From Curvularia clavata (Eukaryota), in assembly GCA_023920165.1 (NCBI GenBank), contig CP089277.1, positions 3,410,001-3,474,000 on the forward strand: 64,000 bases of DNA, in the 5' to 3' direction. The notes beneath the pieces are model-generated. The model did not search any database. It was not told the DNA's origin and saw only the letters and a list, made by a program, of their open reading frames with translations. The first letter of the stretch is position 1; each line of letters opens with the position of its first letter. Shown here one piece after another: positions 39,469 to 51,043 of this stretch. A program made the position numbers and the translations under genes.

Positions 39469-40148
39469 TGGAGGCGGAGGGAGCGAGCGAGAGAGCGAGG
39501 GCGTCAGTGGCCGGGTGGAGACGAATGGGTGGGCAGATGAGTGAGGGAAAAGAAGGGAGGGCAAATGGAAGAATGGTCAGCCAGCCAGATATCCGGGACA
39601 CGGACACGGACAGGGCAGAAGCGTGTTTGCAGACGAAAACGGCGAGATGGGATGGGGTGGTATCGAGGAAGGGCAAGCAGGGAGGCCCCGCCGGGAGACG
39701 AAGCGGGCGCGCAAAGAGGATAAGCGTCGACGAAGAGCCAGCACAAGCCACTGGGCGTCGCGGTAGAGCGGCAGCAGAACAACAGCACAGCAACGGCCGC
39801 CTGAGGAGTGAATTGACGGCTAAACGCTGGTACGCTGCCTCACCCAGCGATCGGCCTAGGTATTGCCCTGTTGGTCGCCAGCAGAGGGCGGCCTGTTGTC
39901 CCCTCTGCGCCTGTCAGTTGGGAGCTAACAAGGCTGTCGGTCCACGCCAATCCATGGCGCCGCACGAGTGCCACGCTTGCACGCCCCCGGCCTCCATCCA
40001 CGGCCACCTCGGCGGGCAATACGCGACGAGCGAGTCGCTGCTGTCACGACGGCACAAGGACGAGATGCGGCGGATACAGCCAAAGGGCTCAGCAGACGGC
40101 GTGCTGGCTGCTCGCTGCTCGCTGCCTGTGCTGTGCTGGCCGTCCATG

Positions 40149-40156
40149 TGACGTCA
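40149..40156. promoter_or_regulatory. Perfect CRE palindrome TGACGTCA (ATF/CREB bZIP site) upstream of NIK1
   Basis: GTGACGTCAT at 40148-40157, about 740 bp upstream of the NIK1 ATG. Confidence 0.45.
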
Positions 40157-41494
40157 TGTCTGTTTCCATGATTGCATTCGCATCGCACCTCGCTCGACCT
40201 GCTTGCACCCATGGCGGGCGCCATCGTGACATGCATCCTCCTCATACCATACCATAGCATACCATACCAACACCAATGCCATTCTCCGGCTGCCACCATG
40301 CAAAACAAAAGCGTGACCATGACCGTGACCGCCTTTGGCACAGTCCACTAGCAAATACGGCCGAGGCGCCACGCCGCACCCACGGCCCTGTGGCAAATTT
40401 ACCCCTATCTGTCAATGCCACTGGCACACTGGCTCGCTCGCGGGCGCCAAATGTCAACCTTCGCCGTGAACTCGGTCTGCATGCGCCACTAATTTAACGG
40501 TGCAAGACGGGCCTGCCTGTTTGATCGTCGTCTGTTCGCCGTCGTCGTCGTGTCTGTATCCGTTGCCCGCTGTTTCACTTTTGCCCATCCTACTCTACCA
40601 AATCTCCATGATATTGCAATCTGCCCCTCCGCCCCGCCCCGCCACAACCACAACTACCACTGCTACTGCTTGGCCGCCCTGTTTTGCGCGCCCCTCGCCT
40701 TCTCCATTCTCCCGCGCACATGGTCCTTGTACCATGCATCCGTGGCCTGCGCTGACAGGCAGACGGCCGCGAGGATGCGCTGCCCATACCTGCTTTACCA
40801 TGTCGACTCGCCTCAGTGGGGGCACGCTTGGACTCAGGGTCTCCCCGGAGCCTATAGTAGCGCTGCCTAAGCGCATTGCGGCCTCTGCTTACCGGCCACA
40901 TGCTAGTTACACGACAAATCCATGTCTTGTTCTCGCTTTGTCTTCACCGCATATCACGCCTGCAAACTTTGATACTGACGCCTGTCTGCGTGTTACTACT
41001 ATTAGCCTGCCGTCATCACCATAGATCGCCTCCGCATGGAATTGCCCACGTGAGCCCTCGGCTTCCATGCTCCCCGCCCCCCCTATTGGCCCACAGCACA
41101 TCCTAGTCCACCACAACGTCTTCCGTACGACATGTGTACGTAGGTGGACTGTACATACAGAGTACACCACGTCCATGGCCATAGCTCGACCGTCTGCGTC
41201 TTGCCACCCGTCTCTTCTGGCCCCCGTTGGGCTTCAACCTCATACAGTCTCGAAGCACACAAAAGCAACTGCACGCGCGGCTGAGCCAAAAAGAAAATGC
41301 CCCGCGTGCCAGCCGGCTGCCAGCATCCACCGCGTGCCATCCCAAAATGCGGGGTCGCTCATGCCCGCACCCACGCCAGCATGCACAACAGTAGCCATCA
41401 CAATCACAAAACATGTCCATGTCCATCCCAATCACCGCGATACAACCTCGCAATTACTACCACTACTACTACACACTGCCTCGTACAGGACCGA

Positions 41495-43194
41495 CTACCT
41501 TAGCTTCTTGGCATGCGCCACCAGGCTCTCAATCACCTGCTCAAACGCATCCTTGTCTCCCAGTGCGCTCTCCATCCGCTTTTGCCAGTACTCAAACACC
41601 TCTTTTGCCCGCTCTTGCAGTCCCTTGAGGTGATCAATGTGCATCCGCAGTTCGTCGTCCGTCAGCCCCTCGAGCGCCGCATCCGTCGTTGCGCACAGCT
41701 GCGTCGTGCTACTAATGTCCAGCTCCGGTGGTGGCGGCGGCCCCTTCCGCTTCCGCTCCGGTCTTGAACTCGACGAGTCGACCGATGTCGACGACTCGTT
41801 CTCGCGCCGAACTCGGCCTAGCGGTCCACCGTTGCGACCGTCGGATGAGGGCCGAGGGGAGCGGTCGCCCGGAATGTGAATCGAGGGCAGGATGAGCTTC
41901 TTCTGCTTTGAGGCTGGGAGAATCTCATCCAGGTCTACTGGCACCCCCAGCGAGACCAGAAACAGTCGTCGTATCCGTGACCGCACCCAGTCTGGCGGCT
42001 GCAGTGGCGGCGGTGCGACTAGTTGGCTCCAGAGCGAGTGGCTGCGTTCTGATAAGAAAATGGACCGTGTCTCTTCTGGGTTGATAGATATGCTAGGTAT
42101 GTCCTTTTGCACGGGATATATCTCCTCCAGGTAAGGCTGTGTTGCTGTGACAATGTCTTCAGGTGATGTGAGCCGGTCAAAGTCCAAGACAGGCTGTGCG
42201 GGCAGAGGTTAGTCAGGTTATCACCACAGCAAGCGGAACAAAAAACAAACAAATAAACAACATTGTCAGTGGGCTAGAATTGCTGCAACTTACAGGTCCC
42301 GGTGAAGGGGCAGGTACAGGAGCTTGTTCTGGGGCCTTGTCAAATGGCGTCTCTGCCTCATGCTCGCCTTGCTGAAACCCATCGTCAAAGTCCCCAAAGT
42401 CGTCATCACCCTCCTCGCCCTCTTCAAACTCGTCAAAATCACCAAACCCATCGTCGTCGGCGTCACCATCATCCGCTGCTGCTTCTGCTTCCCCACTGCC
42501 CAACTTCTCTTTGTCGTCTTGTGGGTCGATTGAAACGCTGGCTGCGGGCGCAGTTTCGGCGGCGTCGTTGCTCGGATCTATTGTAGACCTATCCTGTGAG
42601 GTTGGTGACCCTTCTTCCATCGTCAATGGTACGCAGGAGGCACCAAGGAAAATGCCCTACGTACCTGGGCTGCTGCTCTGGGCGACCTCGGGTGCTTTAA
42701 TCACCTCATCAGGCGCCGCATCGGCGAGACGCTGCTGGTGTGCGTGTGTGCCAGGAACATCGCCGTAGCTGGGCTCATCGGGGTCAATCTTCTCTACGAC
42801 AGTCTTGGGGATTGGCGTTCCCCCTGGGGTAATGGGACGGTCGCTGACGCTCACGCGAGACGCACTACGGCTGCGCATGCCCTCAGGTACAATCTCGACC
42901 TCGTCTGGCACGGCGTCCTGGGTACGCTTGTTGTAGGCTTCTGTTCCCGGAACCTCGCCATGTGCTGGTGTATCGTCGACTCGCTCAACTCGTGTAATGG
43001 GAATAGGCGATGACAAAGTAGATCGTCTAGTCTGGCCTTCGGAGGCATCAGAAAAGTGCTCGTCACTTGATTCGGCTGCAGAGAATTAGATATCAGCTGC
43101 TCAGACTTGCACAAGGTTCTGACATACCCAGCTCCTTCGCACCGGGATCCTCCAGCTCGACGCTCTTGCGGGGTGGTGCTAGCTCGTCCGACAT
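41495..43194 (-). CDS. AP-1 accessory protein, Laa2/aftiphilin-like (DUF5102-type); 4 exons
   Basis: Two acidic FGDF gamma-ear-binding motifs, a WVRSRIRRLFLVSLGVPVDLDEILP block and a C-terminal coiled coil. Introns 43076-43127, about 42612/42615-42664, and 42194-42293. Confidence 0.75.
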
Positions 43195-43667
43195 GTCGAG
43201 AGCCACTGGGCTTAGTTCAGTTTACACGTAGACGCCAGGAGAATATACGACGACGGGCTGAGGTTTGTGTATGGTAGGGCTGGATGCAGAGAAGAAGAGA
43301 GTACGTCAGCAGAAACCAAAGGCTGCGCCTCCTTGCTCCAGACGTCGCCGTGGAGTCTCAGGCACGCTCGCTTTAGCGGGGCGCGGCGGTCTGGAATCCC
43401 GGTCGCTGGCAAGGTGGGAACAACAATTCACCGGAGCTAAGCTCGACCCAAACATCTGTTTGTCTAACTTTTGGATACGACATTGACGCGCGAGAAGGTC
43501 GTCAACATTTGCGCGCATCCACTCCAGTTCGTCAATTAGCGGCCATTACGCCCACGGTCGCGACAAGCCTAGCTCCATCGCGCGTTCAATAACGTTTCCG
43601 GCACCAACACCTCCTTGCACAAAACAACCCAACCACCTACCAGCACCGGCCTTGAACAACCGCCAAC

Positions 43668-45884
43668 ATGAGCTTCTCATTCGGCCAGCAGAACAGCGGC
43701 AGTGGTAGCAGCAGCACGCCCAACAAGCCTCTCTTCGGCGCGACTCCTTCGACGGGCGGCGCAACAACGTCTCTCTTCGGCACTGCAAACAGCACCAGCA
43801 ACACGTCCAGCGCACCTAGCAGCGGTGGCCTTTTCGGCGGCGCCACAAGCAACACAGGTGGATCGGGCCTCTTCGGCGGTGGTGCTGCATCGAGCACACC
43901 TGCAAGCAAGCCTGGTGGTCTTTTCGGTGGAGGTACAGCTGCCACGTCTTCAACCCCATCAACCTTTGGTAGCGGTGGAGGCTTTGCATTCGGAAAGAAG
44001 GAGGGAGATGCGGCAAAACCAGCTGGAGGTCTGTTTGGCGGCGGCGCCGGAGCCTCTTCTGGCGGAGCTGCTTCGTCTTCCACTCCCTCGTTCGGGTTCG
44101 GAACTGCTGCTGGTAAGTACCTATTGATGTACTGGACGCCGCATACACCAGCTAATACAACGCCTAGGCTCAACTCCATCAGCTACGCCAGCAACAAACA
44201 AGACATCCCTCTTCCCCTCCACTACACCAGCTGGCGCTCCACCTGGCGGCAGCTTGTTCTCTCAGAACACCCAATCGAACACTGGAGCCCAATCCGGCAC
44301 TTCTTTGTTCGGTCAGCAGAGCAGCCAGGCGACTGGAAGCGGAACCTCTCTGTTTGGCAGTGCGAAACCTGCTACAACAACTGCTGCTTCTACCGGTAGC
44401 CTGTTTAGCTTAGGAGGAAACACGGCCACCTCCACTGACGCAAACAAGAGTGCTACACCTACTGCTGCGCCGACGTCAAACCTATTCGGAGGAGCAAACC
44501 AAACATCAACATCAAGTGGACAGGATGCGCAGACACCCAAGCCTGCAGGCGGTCTTTTTGGTGGACTCGGAAGTACCACACCTGCTACTGCGGCGAAGCC
44601 TTCAGGCTTCACCCTCGGTGGTACGTCATCCGCTCAGCCTGCTTCTTCGCAGCCCGCGTCAAGCGGCACCCCAACCTTGAGCCTCGGCGGAAACACTAGC
44701 AACGCAGCCTCCTCTGCGGGTACGTCTGGCAGCTTGTTCTCCACTGCAGCAAGCTCTACACCAGCCTCGACTGGAGGCGGCTTCAGTTTCGGCAAACCTG
44801 CTGCTGCTGGTACTGCAGCAAGCACTGGAGCAAGCACTGCAGCAACTACTACCGCCACAGCCGGTGCACCCACTACTACTGCATCATCTGGAAGCTCCCT
44901 ATTCCCGAGCCTAGGAGGCGGAAGCTCTGCCGCTCCTGCAACTTCTGGGGCTGCATCTACTTCGGCTGCCGCGCCAAGTTTGTTTAGCAAGCCCGCTGGA
45001 AATGAGGCAGCAGCATCTAAACCCAGCACCGAAGCCCAGTCCACCCCTGCCTTGGGAGCTACTGCCGGTACAACGGGCGGCAATGCGGCCCAAAGTGGGC
45101 TCGCGGCCTCAACCGCTGGACCCGCGCCGTCGGCACAATCCCGGCTGAAGAACAAGTCTATGGACGAGATCATCACCCGCTGGGCTGCCGATCTATCAAA
45201 GTACCAGAAAGAGTTCCAGGCTCAAGCTGAGCAGGTCGCATCATGGGACCGGGCATTGGTCGAGAACTCTGACAAGGTTCGCCAGCTGTACTCAAAGACC
45301 TTTCAAGCAGAACGCGATGCTGCCGAGGTAGAGAGGCAGCTGACCATGATGGAAGAGAACCAGCAAGAACTGGACTCTTACCTCGACCGCTATGAGAAGG
45401 AGATTGACAATCTCATGAAGATGCACGGGGTCAGCGGCAAGAATGAGAGCTTGCGCGGCCCAGACCAGGAACGTGAGAGGACGTAAGTGGACCCAGAGAG
45501 CGGATTCAAGAAATACGCAAGAATGCTAACAGTATGCACAGGTACAAGCTCGCTGAGAAGCTTCAAGACCGCCTTAATGAACTCAACAAGGATCTCACAG
45601 AGATGATTGAGGAAATCAACAGCACATCCCAGACGCTGAGCAAGACGGGCAAGCCAGACGATCCTTTGACCAAGGTAGTCCGCGTTCTCAACACACAGCT
45701 CTCGCAGCTCCAGCTCATCGACTCGGGGGCCTCGCAACTCCAGGAAAAGATTGCTAAGGCGCAGAGGGAGACGCAGCGTGTGGGTGCAAATGGGTGGAAT
45801 GGTCTTGGCTCGGACCCTTCGGCCGATTTCATGAACAGCATGCGTGGAGGCAGGTCGACGCAGCGATTCGGTGGTGTGTCGTAA
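43668..45884 (+). CDS. NSP1: FG-repeat nucleoporin Nsp1 (Nup62 orthologue); 3 exons
   Basis: SLFG/GLFG/FSFG repeats followed by LKNKSMDEIITRWAADL and PDQERERTYKLAE coiled coils. Introns 44113-44167 and 45483-45541. Confidence 0.96.
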
Positions 45885-46134
45885 GGTGTGGAAGGATGAA
45901 AAATGATAATGGATCACGCGACATTGGTGGATCAGGGGTTGTAAAGATAATTGGGACAGTTTTTTCAACTTGGTAGGATGTCTTTTTTTTTGCATAGATT
46001 TGGGCGTTTGATCTTTTGTTCTTCAGGTAGTGGTGTGGCAATGTCACATTTGGATCTTAGGTTCTTGTATTGTGATATTCTTATGGTGAAGGGGTCCCTC
46101 TGAAAAAAAAAGGAGAAACAGCAGTTCCAACTCC

Positions 46135-47948
46135 TCAAGCCTTTTCACCAAATGATCCCTGTTGAACCTGCACCTCTCCCTCCTCTTCCCCTTTACCCAC
46201 CACTGTTTCCCCACCCACCCCCATTACACCCCTCCTCTTCTCCGTCCTGACCTGCATCCAAACCAGCGCCCCCGTCCACACACCCATGGCTATACTCACC
46301 GCGATCATGGCCCACATTCCCCTCGTAAAATACGGCGCAAAGTTGGCACCATAAAACAGGATACTCCACCACGCGTTCACTGCATTAGACCCCATATTCA
46401 TGCTTGCAATGACAACAGCACGCAAACTATCCTCCTCATAGCGCAGGACATCGTTGGCCCAGGCGAAAAAGGTAGCTTGACAAGCATACACACTGCCGGC
46501 CCAGTAGTACATTGCGAAGTGAATGGTGGTGTTGTGTGGGTAGGCGAGGATGAGGGAAGAAGTAATGACACCGGTTATAGCAATCCAGTAGCCAACTATA
46601 CCAGCCGTCAGCGCACATTTCTTTTGCACATGGTTTTTGGGGGTGGGGAAACTATGATAAGTAGAAAGGAAATAGACGTACCAAGATATCTCTTCCCGCC
46701 CATGAAATCCGTCAACGTCGCCCAGAAAAGCGTCGACACAATCCCCACTGCGGGGACACCAGTCGGATAGTTGTTGTTCTGCGTCACTGTATACTTTTTG
46801 CTTGGATGACTCTTCATGTACAGCTGCAACAACGCATTTGTACTAAAGGATTCGGTTTCTCCGGCGAGAATCCACAGGATGACGAAGAAATACCAGTACC
46901 ATGTTTTGAAGCAGTGCTTCAAGAAGGAGCGGGAAATGGGCGTTCGCTCGGATACCTCGGGCACGCGGGATATGGCGAGGGCTTTTTCAGAGGCGCTGAG
47001 GTATGGGGCGCGTGTGTTTTTGGGTGTGTCGGGGAAAAGCAGGAAGCCGTAGATTGCAACTGGTAGGGTGATGATGCCGTCGATTACTAGAAGGGTGATA
47101 GGTTAGAGGGGGGTTCTGAGGGAATGGGGATGAAGAGGGGGGAAACTTGCTAAAGAGCCAGCGCCAGCCGCTCATGCCTCGGAGCCCATCCATGCTGCTG
47201 TGGATTCCAGTCTGGATGACTAAGTTGGAGCGTTAGTGGGGAAGTCGTTGTCTGAGAGTCAATGGTTGGGCTTACAGCCACCAATCATGGTTCCAGCAAG
47301 TCCAGATGCGGTGAAGATTCCGGATCGTTTTCCTAGCTCTTTCTCGGTGTACCAGGACCCAAGGATGTAATGGGTTCCAACGAAGGTGGAGGATTCAAAT
47401 AAAGCCTGGAAAAAGCGGATGGCCATAATGTCTTCAGGCTTTTGGGCCGCGGCTGTGACCATGGTGAGACCAGCCCATGCTACCTTTTAGTTTATTTGTT
47501 AGTCGACATGGCGATTTAAACATTCGCTAGTACAGAGCGTACCATGCATGCTGGGAAGAAGTAGCGTGGCTTGATATAGTAGAGAGCAATATTGCACGGT
47601 ACTTGGCCAATCGTGTATCTTGGCAATGGTTAACAGACACTTTCACATCGGATGTCTACGAAAACCCACCCGACTGTGAAGACAGTATTGATCTGGTTGA
47701 GCTGGTTGCCTTTGAAACTCAACTCTTCTCTCATACCAGAAACATATGCATTGTTGAGATTGGTGCGATCAAGGTAGCTTTGGACGATATTAGAAAATCG
47801 TTTTCTTGACTTTGGAGCATATTACCTACTTCAGAAAGTACATCAAGCAGCAGAAGCTCAAGATGAAAAAATCGAGCTTCTGAACCAGTTTGCGCTCCCC
47901 TGGCGCATTCTGGTCGCCTCGCAGATAGGCAACAAACTTGTTCGCCAT
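46135..47948 (-). CDS. MFS anion:cation symporter, pantothenate transporter (Liz1/Fen2)-like; 7 exons
   Basis: ERKLVQKLDFFIL, NYLDRTNLNNAYVSGM, ILGSWYTEKELGKRSGIF and GWRWLFIIDGIITLP (the last assembled across a GC-AG intron). Confidence 0.9.
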
Positions 47949-48585
47949 GTCGATTCAACGGCGCCCTTTCGGCGGCGAAACGGTTCTCAGGGATGGCCGC
48001 ACAGCATGCGCAGAGTTGTTGTTTTGTAGGATGTCTCGATATCGATACGGAGGCTATCAGGCCAATCTCTGATTAGGTACTATCGTATCCTTATCTAATC
48101 TGCCCGTGGTTTTCAGTATGCTTCGGATCAAGCACTCGGATGCGCGACCAGGCCGAAAGAATGGGGCGACGGGTGCAAGATATCAGAGATAGTACGCCAC
48201 TCTTAACTGACTCGAGATGTGCGTAATCAGGAATCATTCCATGCAGATCTCTGTGCTCCTCGATACGCAGCTGATTACCGGCCCCGGTAGGCGTCCCTCA
48301 GGCTCAACAGGGAAAGTAAGTCCCCTGGAGCAATGATAATCTACTCGGCCGGTTCACCGAGGGGGCGTGATACGCGTCTAGCTTGCGGAGGGTGGGCCTT
48401 GAAGTGCGGGGAGAGTGCTCAAGTCCTCGCTGCAAAGGCTTCCGGCCGAGGGTCACAAGTATTGGATACAAAACAGGAATGGCTACCAATGCATATGTTT
48501 GCTGTGGTTTATTCTAGGCCTTGCGATTCATTTCTTTGCAGCATTCTAACATTGTAGTATCTTGGTATTGTGCAAGTCTTGGGCC
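47949..48585. promoter_or_regulatory. Shared divergent promoter with clustered GATA sites, a CCAAT box and CGG/CCG inverted repeats
   Basis: HGATAR matches at 48054, 48080, 48091, 48187 and 48334. CCAAT at 48062. TACCGG-N2-CCGGTA at 48276-48289. Confidence 0.55.
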
Positions 48586-50534
48586 ATGGCATCCGAAGCA
48601 AAATGGGAGAAAGTCGCTGCGGAGAAGCGCGCTGCTCTCTCGGAATCAATTCCGACCTCGTACCGCATCCTTCAAGACAAATTGCCGCCAGAGACCCAGC
48701 TCAGTGTAACAGCATGGCCCAAGGAGTCTGGATGGTTTACGCCAAAGGAGCTGGAGATTACGGATAGCACAGCTTCTCAGATTCTGGAAAAGATCGCATC
48801 AAAGTCATGGAGCGCAGAGGATGTGACGACTGCCTTTTGCAAACGCGCTGCAGCAGCCCATCAGCTGGTAGGCAGAGAATCTGAGATACTTGGAAGGATT
48901 TTCTGACGGACATTAGACCAACTGCCTCAGTGATGCCTTCTTCGATGAAGCAATTACGCAGGCCAAGTCTCTCGATGAACATCTCCAGCGAACTGGCCAA
49001 GTCGTAGGACCGCTTCATGGCCTGCCTATTTCATTCAAGGATAACTTCAATATCAAGGGAAAAGACAGTACCGTGGGATTCACGTCGCTCGTCGGCAAGC
49101 CGGTTGATCATAATTCGACGCTCGTGGACTTGCTGGAGAAGCTTGGTGCGGTGCGGTACTGCAAGACCAACGTTCCCACGGCCATGATGATTGTATGTAT
49201 GCGGATATGAGTCCTGATACAAAGACTTACACAGCGTAGGCAGAGTCCGTGAACAACACATTTGGTCGTACCGTCAATCCGTTGAACCGCAAGGTCACAT
49301 CTGGAGGGTCCTCGGGCGGAGAATCAGCGCTCATTGCATTTGGAGGCAGCCCTCTAGGCATTGGAACAGATATCGTAGGTCCTTTCTCATCCTTTATGTT
49401 ACACTGCTGACCATTGGAAAAGGGCGGCAGTTTACGAATCCCTGCAGCGTGCACCGGTATATTTACTCTTCGCCCGTCCTTCGGTCGCTTTACTACCCAA
49501 AGATGTACCTCAGGCCTCGCCGGCCAGGAGGCAGTACAAAGTGTCAACGGCCCCATGGGAAAGACTCTCGAGGACATTACGATGTACTCTAAAGCTGTGA
49601 TCGACGCGCAGCCTTGGAAAGTGGACCCCAAGATACTGCCAATACCGTGGCGGTCAGTAGAGCCATTGAAGAAGCTCAAGATTGCTGTGCTTTGGAACGA
49701 CGGCATCTGTATGCCCACTCCTCCAGTAACGCGGGCACTGAAAGAGACTGTGGAGAAGTTGAAGAAGGCAGGACATGATGTTGTTGATTGGGACCCTAAG
49801 CTGCATCCGACCGCTCTCGAGCTTCTGGTAAGCATCCGGACTATCCTTGAAAACTCTCTTCTGATCAGCATAGGGTCGCATGTTTGTTGCAGACGGCGGC
49901 AAGAGTGTACAGGCCTTGCTCGATCCCACTGGCGAGCCCATTCGGCCTGAGATGCAAATGTATGCGGATGCCAAAGAATTAGGTGTCTATGATATGTGGA
50001 AACTGCAATCGAGCAGATCCGACCTACAACGGCAGTACTTGGAGCAGTGGAACTCAATCGAAGAGCTCGACGCTATCCTAGGTGAGCCGTACATCCCCTT
50101 TGTCCATATTCCTTGATTAACCACAGATAGCGCCCACGACACCTTACTCGAGCGTACCGCACGGTGACTTCAAATACGTCGGATACACGGGTGTCTATAA
50201 CGTTGTTGACTATTCTGCCGTTTCTTTCCCTTGTGGTGTCTCCGTCGACAAAACAAAAGACAAGCCCTTGAATGATCACAAACCTCAGAGTGAATTCTGC
50301 AAGGCGGCTCAAGAAAGCTGTAAGTTGGGTAGCGCAATCTCACCGAAGTAGTGTTAGTTACTAATATATGACAGATGACCCTGAGTTATTGGACGGACTG
50401 CCAGTGAGCTTACAGTAAGTAGTGCATTCATTTGACCTCTTAATCATGATGCTAATGTATGCAGGCTTGTCGCCCGAAGGCTTGAGGAAGAGAAGGTGCT
50501 TGCAATGACCGCAACCGTCTTGCAAGCGGTTTAG
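48586..50534 (+). CDS. Amidase-signature family enzyme (acetamidase/AmdS-like); 8 coding exons
   Basis: Intact Lys-cisSer-Ser triad: GPLHGLPISFKD, SGGSSGGE and GTDIGGSLRIPA. C-terminal GLPVSLQLVARRLEEEK. Confidence 0.93.
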
Positions 50535-51043
50535 TCATAGAGCTTTGTCCTTCCAAGGATTAGACAAAATTTAGACGCATCGAAGTTGACTCACGTAACA
50601 GATGTTGTTTCATTTACAGGTGAGATTCATGGGGCTGGCAGCTTCCTGCAGCATGTCTAGTGCCCTTGCCAAGTAGCATCAGGAAAGGGCAAGTGTTCGA
50701 TCTGGTAAACAAGTGCACAACTAGCCCAATAAGGGTCCTGCCTCTGCAGTCTTATCACAGCATGCTGTTGTCGACTCACCCTTTCATGCACACATCCTTC
50801 ACGACTGACTTCATCTCCACCCATGACCTCCGCTGGCTTCCCTACATTCACATGCCAGTAGTTGAGGCTGGTTGCCTCCTTCGCCTCTCTCCTTAACTTC
50901 TTTGAGCGAACATCACCCTTTCGCCTAGAACATCAGCTGTCAACCCTCCTACCAAGTCCTCGGCGGGTCGTAGGTGTCATCTTTAACATTCTTCACCCTC
51001 TTCGCCACATCGCATCACGAGCAACAGTTTCCTACCCTGAAAA

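Noticed and set aside
39243..41633. 302-, 174- and 188-aa ORFs upstream of NIK1
   Set aside because: GC-rich leader/promoter sequence with low-complexity translations and no domains.
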